From a virus, in the UHGV virus genome UHGV-0174959: 39,373 nucleotides of DNA; one strand, written 5' to 3'. Position numbers and translations under genes: made by a program. The notes under the pieces were generated by a model. It did no database searches, had not been told where the DNA came from, and saw nothing but the letters and a program-made list of their open reading frames with translations. Positions 36,234-39,373 of this stretch are shown here, piece by piece (positions within the stretch are counted from its first letter, which is position 1; each line of letters opens with the position of its first letter).

Positions 36234-36744
36234 AAGCGTTTTGAAAAGCCTTGCGCCGCTTGTGTATGCGTATCAAAAAGAGGTAAAAGAGGGAACATTC
36301 GAGGCGTATGCGACATATTTGGCCGACGTTCCGCCGGAGTATATCCGCCGCGCCGTGGATAATCTTATTCGTTCGTCGAAATGGTTGCCGACGGTGGCGG
36401 AAATACGAGACGAGGCACAGGCGGAGTGGAATGAGGATAAAGGGCTGGAAGAAGAAACGGCGGAGAAAGCGTGGATCTTATTGTTGGAGTTGATGAAAAA
36501 ACACGGCTTTCAAGAGCCTAAACGAGATAAATTTTCGTCTGATGCGGCGTATAACGCGATGCGGGCAATCGGTTGGCGCACGGTCTGCATGATGACGGAC
36601 AGCCAACTGGGATATGTACATAACGAGTATGTAAAAGCCTATGAGGGAGTAAAAGGCCGCCGGCCGGTATTCATTAAAAAGCCGGAGGCAATCGGACACG
36701 AACAAACGCGCATGATTGAAAAACAAGGAGGAACAAAAAAATGA
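36214..36744 (+). CDS. Helicase loader/inhibitor (G39P-like)
   Basis: SKWLPTVAEIR...AEKAW...IGWRTVC, follows the initiator. Confidence 0.7.
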   Translation: MQEINFESVLKSLAPLVYAYQKEVKEGTFEAYATYLADVPPEYIRRAVDNLIRSSKWLPTVAEIRDEAQAEWNEDKGLEEETAEKAWILLLELMKKHGFQEPKRDKFSSDAAYNAMRAIGWRTVCMMTDSQLGYVHNEYVKAYEGVKGRRPVFIKKPEAIGHEQTRMIEKQGGTKK

Positions 36745-37109
36745 ATGATGTAACACTGGTAGGCGAAATTAACGGAGAAATTAAAGCATTTAACGGCGAA
36801 AGATCCACAAAAACGTCGTTCCGGCTGGTAACGACGCGCAACTATAACGGGAAAGAGTTTAAGGAATGGCACAACATTGTTATTTGGGGCGACAAGGCAC
36901 AAGCGGCCGCCGATCAATTAATGGCGGGCGACGTTGTAATGGTAAAAGGCCGCATCGGTACGCGGAAATACACAAAGAAAGACGGCACAGATGCATATAT
37001 TACGGAAATCACGGCTTACGGGATTTACAAGGAAGTTGTCGGAACGAACACGAACAGAGACGAGGAGAAAGGCGACTTCTTGAAGTTTGGCGAAAAAATA
37101 CCGTTTTAA
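36741..37109 (+). CDS. ssb: Single-stranded DNA-binding protein
   Basis: MNDVTLVG, EWHNIVIWG, VKGRIGTRKY and C-terminal IPF. Confidence 0.92.
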   Translation: MNDVTLVGEINGEIKAFNGERSTKTSFRLVTTRNYNGKEFKEWHNIVIWGDKAQAAADQLMAGDVVMVKGRIGTRKYTKKDGTDAYITEITAYGIYKEVVGTNTNRDEEKGDFLKFGEKIPF

Positions 37110-37119
37110 GGGGATAAAA

Positions 37120-37476
37120 ATGACGCTATACATGATTGAACGAGAGCGCGCATGGGTAGGCTGGGAAGCGTTATATATTTTTGAAGATCGCGATGAGGCG
37201 GTCAAAAAGTATAACGAAATTGAACGGAATCATGTGGATAGATTTTTTATCAGTCTTACTAAAGTCACCACTACTAACGGAGTGGTAACAGGGCGCGAAT
37301 ATTACGACGTTTACGCTGATGAATTTAGCGGAGGAATGCCGGACAACAAAGCGCGTACGATGTTGAAAGAGATTCAGGACATGTTCTCGTTTTATGAAGT
37401 GCAAACAACAGAATTGTTTAGACAACAGCTAGAGCTGCAAGAGGAAAACGACAAGCTGAAAAGGGCGTCTAAATGA
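37120..37476 (+). CDS. Hypothetical protein
   Basis: ATG 37120 after AAGGGG. Confidence 0.65.
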   Translation: MTLYMIERERAWVGWEALYIFEDRDEAVKKYNEIERNHVDRFFISLTKVTTTNGVVTGREYYDVYADEFSGGMPDNKARTMLKEIQDMFSFYEVQTTELFRQQLELQEENDKLKRASK

Positions 37477-37814
37477 CGAACGGAAAGCAAAAAGGAAAAC
37501 GCGGCGAGTTGGAGTTTTCGCGCTTATGTCGCGCAAACGGTTGGGACGTGCGTCGGACGGCGCAATATTGCGGAAATACGGGAGAGGCCGCCGACGTGGT
37601 CGGCCTTCCGGGCGTGCATGTGGAAGTCAAGAGAGTGGAACGGTTAAATATTGACGATGCGATGGCGCAAGCGCGTCGAGACTCTACAAAGAGCGGTCGC
37701 GTGCCGATTGTGGCGCACAGAAAAAACAACTGCGAATGGTTGATCACGATGAGTGCGGAAGATTGGTTTGAAATGTTTAGAGAATGGAGAGGTGAAAGTA
37801 ATGATAGCAACTAG
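37473..37814 (+). CDS. PD-(D/E)XK Holliday junction resolvase-like nuclease
   Basis: KGKRGELE...ADVV...HVEVKR...PIVAHR. Confidence 0.8.
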   Translation: MTNGKQKGKRGELEFSRLCRANGWDVRRTAQYCGNTGEAADVVGLPGVHVEVKRVERLNIDDAMAQARRDSTKSGRVPIVAHRKNNCEWLITMSAEDWFEMFREWRGESNDSN

Positions 37815-38166
37815 CATGACAGAGCCGATTATATCGCCTTGGCTAATTTATGCGATTGATATCTTAAATTCAATAAGTGGCGCTGCTACTTTCGTTTGCG
37901 CGGTGTCTGTCGTAGTCCTTTTCTTTTTACTTTTAACTAGACGGGATAGGCGCTTTGATTCATGTGATGAGTTTATTCATGCTATCAATCGTCTTTGCAA
38001 GCGCGCTATTATCGTTTTTCTGTCTGCGTTTTTAGTGGCAATGATTGTGCCGAATAAACGAACGTCTTATGAAATGCTTGCGGCGGCGTACGTGACGCCT
38101 GCTAACGTTGAGCAAGCGGCAGACATTCTCAGTCGGTTCGCCGATAGAATCCTAAAAGATAAGTGA
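37801..38166 (+). CDS. Hypothetical membrane protein
   Basis: EPIISPWLIY start, two TM segments, GAGGTG RBS. Confidence 0.7.
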   Translation: MIATSMTEPIISPWLIYAIDILNSISGAATFVCAVSVVVLFFLLLTRRDRRFDSCDEFIHAINRLCKRAIIVFLSAFLVAMIVPNKRTSYEMLAAAYVTPANVEQAADILSRFADRILKDK

Positions 38167-38181
38167 CTGGAGCGATTAAAC

Positions 38182-38463
38182 ATGACTAAAAATAAAGGCA
38201 AAACATTGGTAGACGAAATACAGTACATTACCGAATTTTATGTTGATATGCAAGAAAATAAAGAGGCTTACGGCTACGGCAAACGTAATATTCAGGAAGA
38301 TTTTGCAAAAGACATTATGCGTGCCGTTCACTGTTGGCTGATGGAAAGATACGGCAATCCTAGACATCTTCTAAATGAATTAGTCGAAATTCTGATTGAC
38401 AAAGACGTGGTTACGCTTTTTCTGGAAACACAGCGATTGGAAGAACAGCGACGGGAGGAGTAA
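38182..38463 (+). CDS. Hypothetical protein
   Basis: GGAG RBS. Confidence 0.6.
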   Translation: MTKNKGKTLVDEIQYITEFYVDMQENKEAYGYGKRNIQEDFAKDIMRAVHCWLMERYGNPRHLLNELVEILIDKDVVTLFLETQRLEEQRREE

Positions 38464-38558
38464 GCCGCGAATGTAATAATGCTTGTAGTCATTCTTGCGG
38501 CACTTGCTTTCGTTGGGTGTCGGGAACTAATCAGGACAGACGAAAAGGAAAGTGAAAA

Positions 38559-38939
38559 ATGAATAACGACATCATTAATCACCCGTCACACTACACGGAC
38601 GGAAAATTTGAAACGATTGAGGCGATTGAATCGTGGCGGCTTGGTTATCATCTGGGCAATGCCATTAAGTATATTTCACGAGCCGGTAAAAAATCTAAAG
38701 ATACCGAATTAGAGGACTTACGAAAGGCTCGCTGGTATATCAGGCGCTATCTGATTCATTACCGTGACGATACGGAAAGCCTCAGCGCGGTAGAGTATGC
38801 CACGGATAAGGGGCTTGATCAGGATCTTACCTTGGCCGTGCGGTACTTGGCCGCGCAGCCGAAATACTTTTACGTGCTTCAGGCCTTGGTGGCACTGGAA
38901 AACGCAATCAGGGTCAGAGAGGCTCGCGCGAATGATTAA
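38559..38939 (+). CDS. DUF3310 (SaV-like) protein
   Basis: INHPSHY...GNAIKYISRAGKK...EDLRKARWY. Confidence 0.88.
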   Translation: MNNDIINHPSHYTDGKFETIEAIESWRLGYHLGNAIKYISRAGKKSKDTELEDLRKARWYIRRYLIHYRDDTESLSAVEYATDKGLDQDLTLAVRYLAAQPKYFYVLQALVALENAIRVREARAND

Positions 38940-39363
38940 CGGTAACCATCAAGCGCGGGCAGAGCTTGAAAAACTGCGGGAGCTTAACATGCGGATTGAT
39001 GCGCTAATTGAGGAGAAGAGAAAGCTGGCGGCTCGTGTGACCAGCCTTGCCCGTCCACTTTCCGAACCGGTATCGGGAACGCGCCATTCAGACATAGCCA
39101 ACGCCGCGGCAAAATTGGCCGACATGGACAAAGAAATAGACAAAACTATAGATGAATATAGCGAACGTAAAAAGCGCATTTTGATACGAATAAACGCGAT
39201 TTCAGACGTTAGATATAGAACGTTGCTATTTCTGTATTATGTGAATACCGTTCCCCTGCGTTTGCATCAAGTGGCAAAGATGATGCACTACCAATACTCG
39301 ACAATAAAAGATATGCACGTGTGCGCGCTTGATGCGTATCAACAAAAGTACTTCCCGCCGTAA
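38932..39363 (+). CDS. ArpU/RinA-like late transcriptional regulator
   Basis: Coiled coil plus sigma-region-4-like C-terminus (YRTLLFLYY...VAKMMHY); last early gene, before the late promoter on the circle. Confidence 0.8.
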   Translation: MINGNHQARAELEKLRELNMRIDALIEEKRKLAARVTSLARPLSEPVSGTRHSDIANAAAKLADMDKEIDKTIDEYSERKKRILIRINAISDVRYRTLLFLYYVNTVPLRLHQVAKMMHYQYSTIKDMHVCALDAYQQKYFPP

Positions 39364-39373
39364 GTATCTACCA

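Larger units (their letters stand above)
1..39373. mobile_element. Complete or near-complete temperate podovirus genome (excised/circular form)
   Basis: Full module set from packaging through structure, lysis, attP/integrase, immunity and replication to late activator. No host genes are present, and the int-attP region is internal and unsplit. Confidence 0.93.

Noticed and set aside
38797..38931. Extended N-terminus of the late regulator given in the ORF track
   Set aside because: It overlaps the DUF3310 gene; ATG 38932 has a GAGG RBS and coupling to the upstream stop

Overview
The window looks like one complete, circularly permuted temperate podovirus genome of about 39.4 kb. It starts at the late promoter and terminase and ends with an ArpU/RinA-type late activator whose 3' end appears to run into base 1. 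Morphogenesis genes are BPP-1/epsilon15/T7-like (portal, capsid, tubular A/B, three ejection proteins, fibre), with no phage RNA polymerase. They are followed by holin, amidase, an overlapping spanin-like pair, attP, a tyrosine integrase, a cI/cro switch and a Firmicutes-type recombination/replication module. Firmicutes-type genes plus spanin-like genes suggest a diderm Firmicute (Negativicutes) host, which is inference. Four observations stand out. (1) A 3633-aa polyvalent ejection protein carries swappable effector cassettes. (2) A complete antisense small-RNA gene (near-consensus sigma70 promoter plus long hairpin, 20071->19954) is embedded directly after that protein's LPD3/BECR-like RNase domain, and is a candidate built-in RNA antitoxin. 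(3) A non-coding island between lysin and integrase holds three promoter-terminator-bounded small RNAs, two of which share a CUAYG(C/G)(U)GAG loop motif four times, plus arrays of palindromic DNA sites that may act as decoys. (4) The spanin-like gene pair overlaps almost fully and lacks a lipoprotein. All family assignments come from motif recognition by eye; no searches were run.
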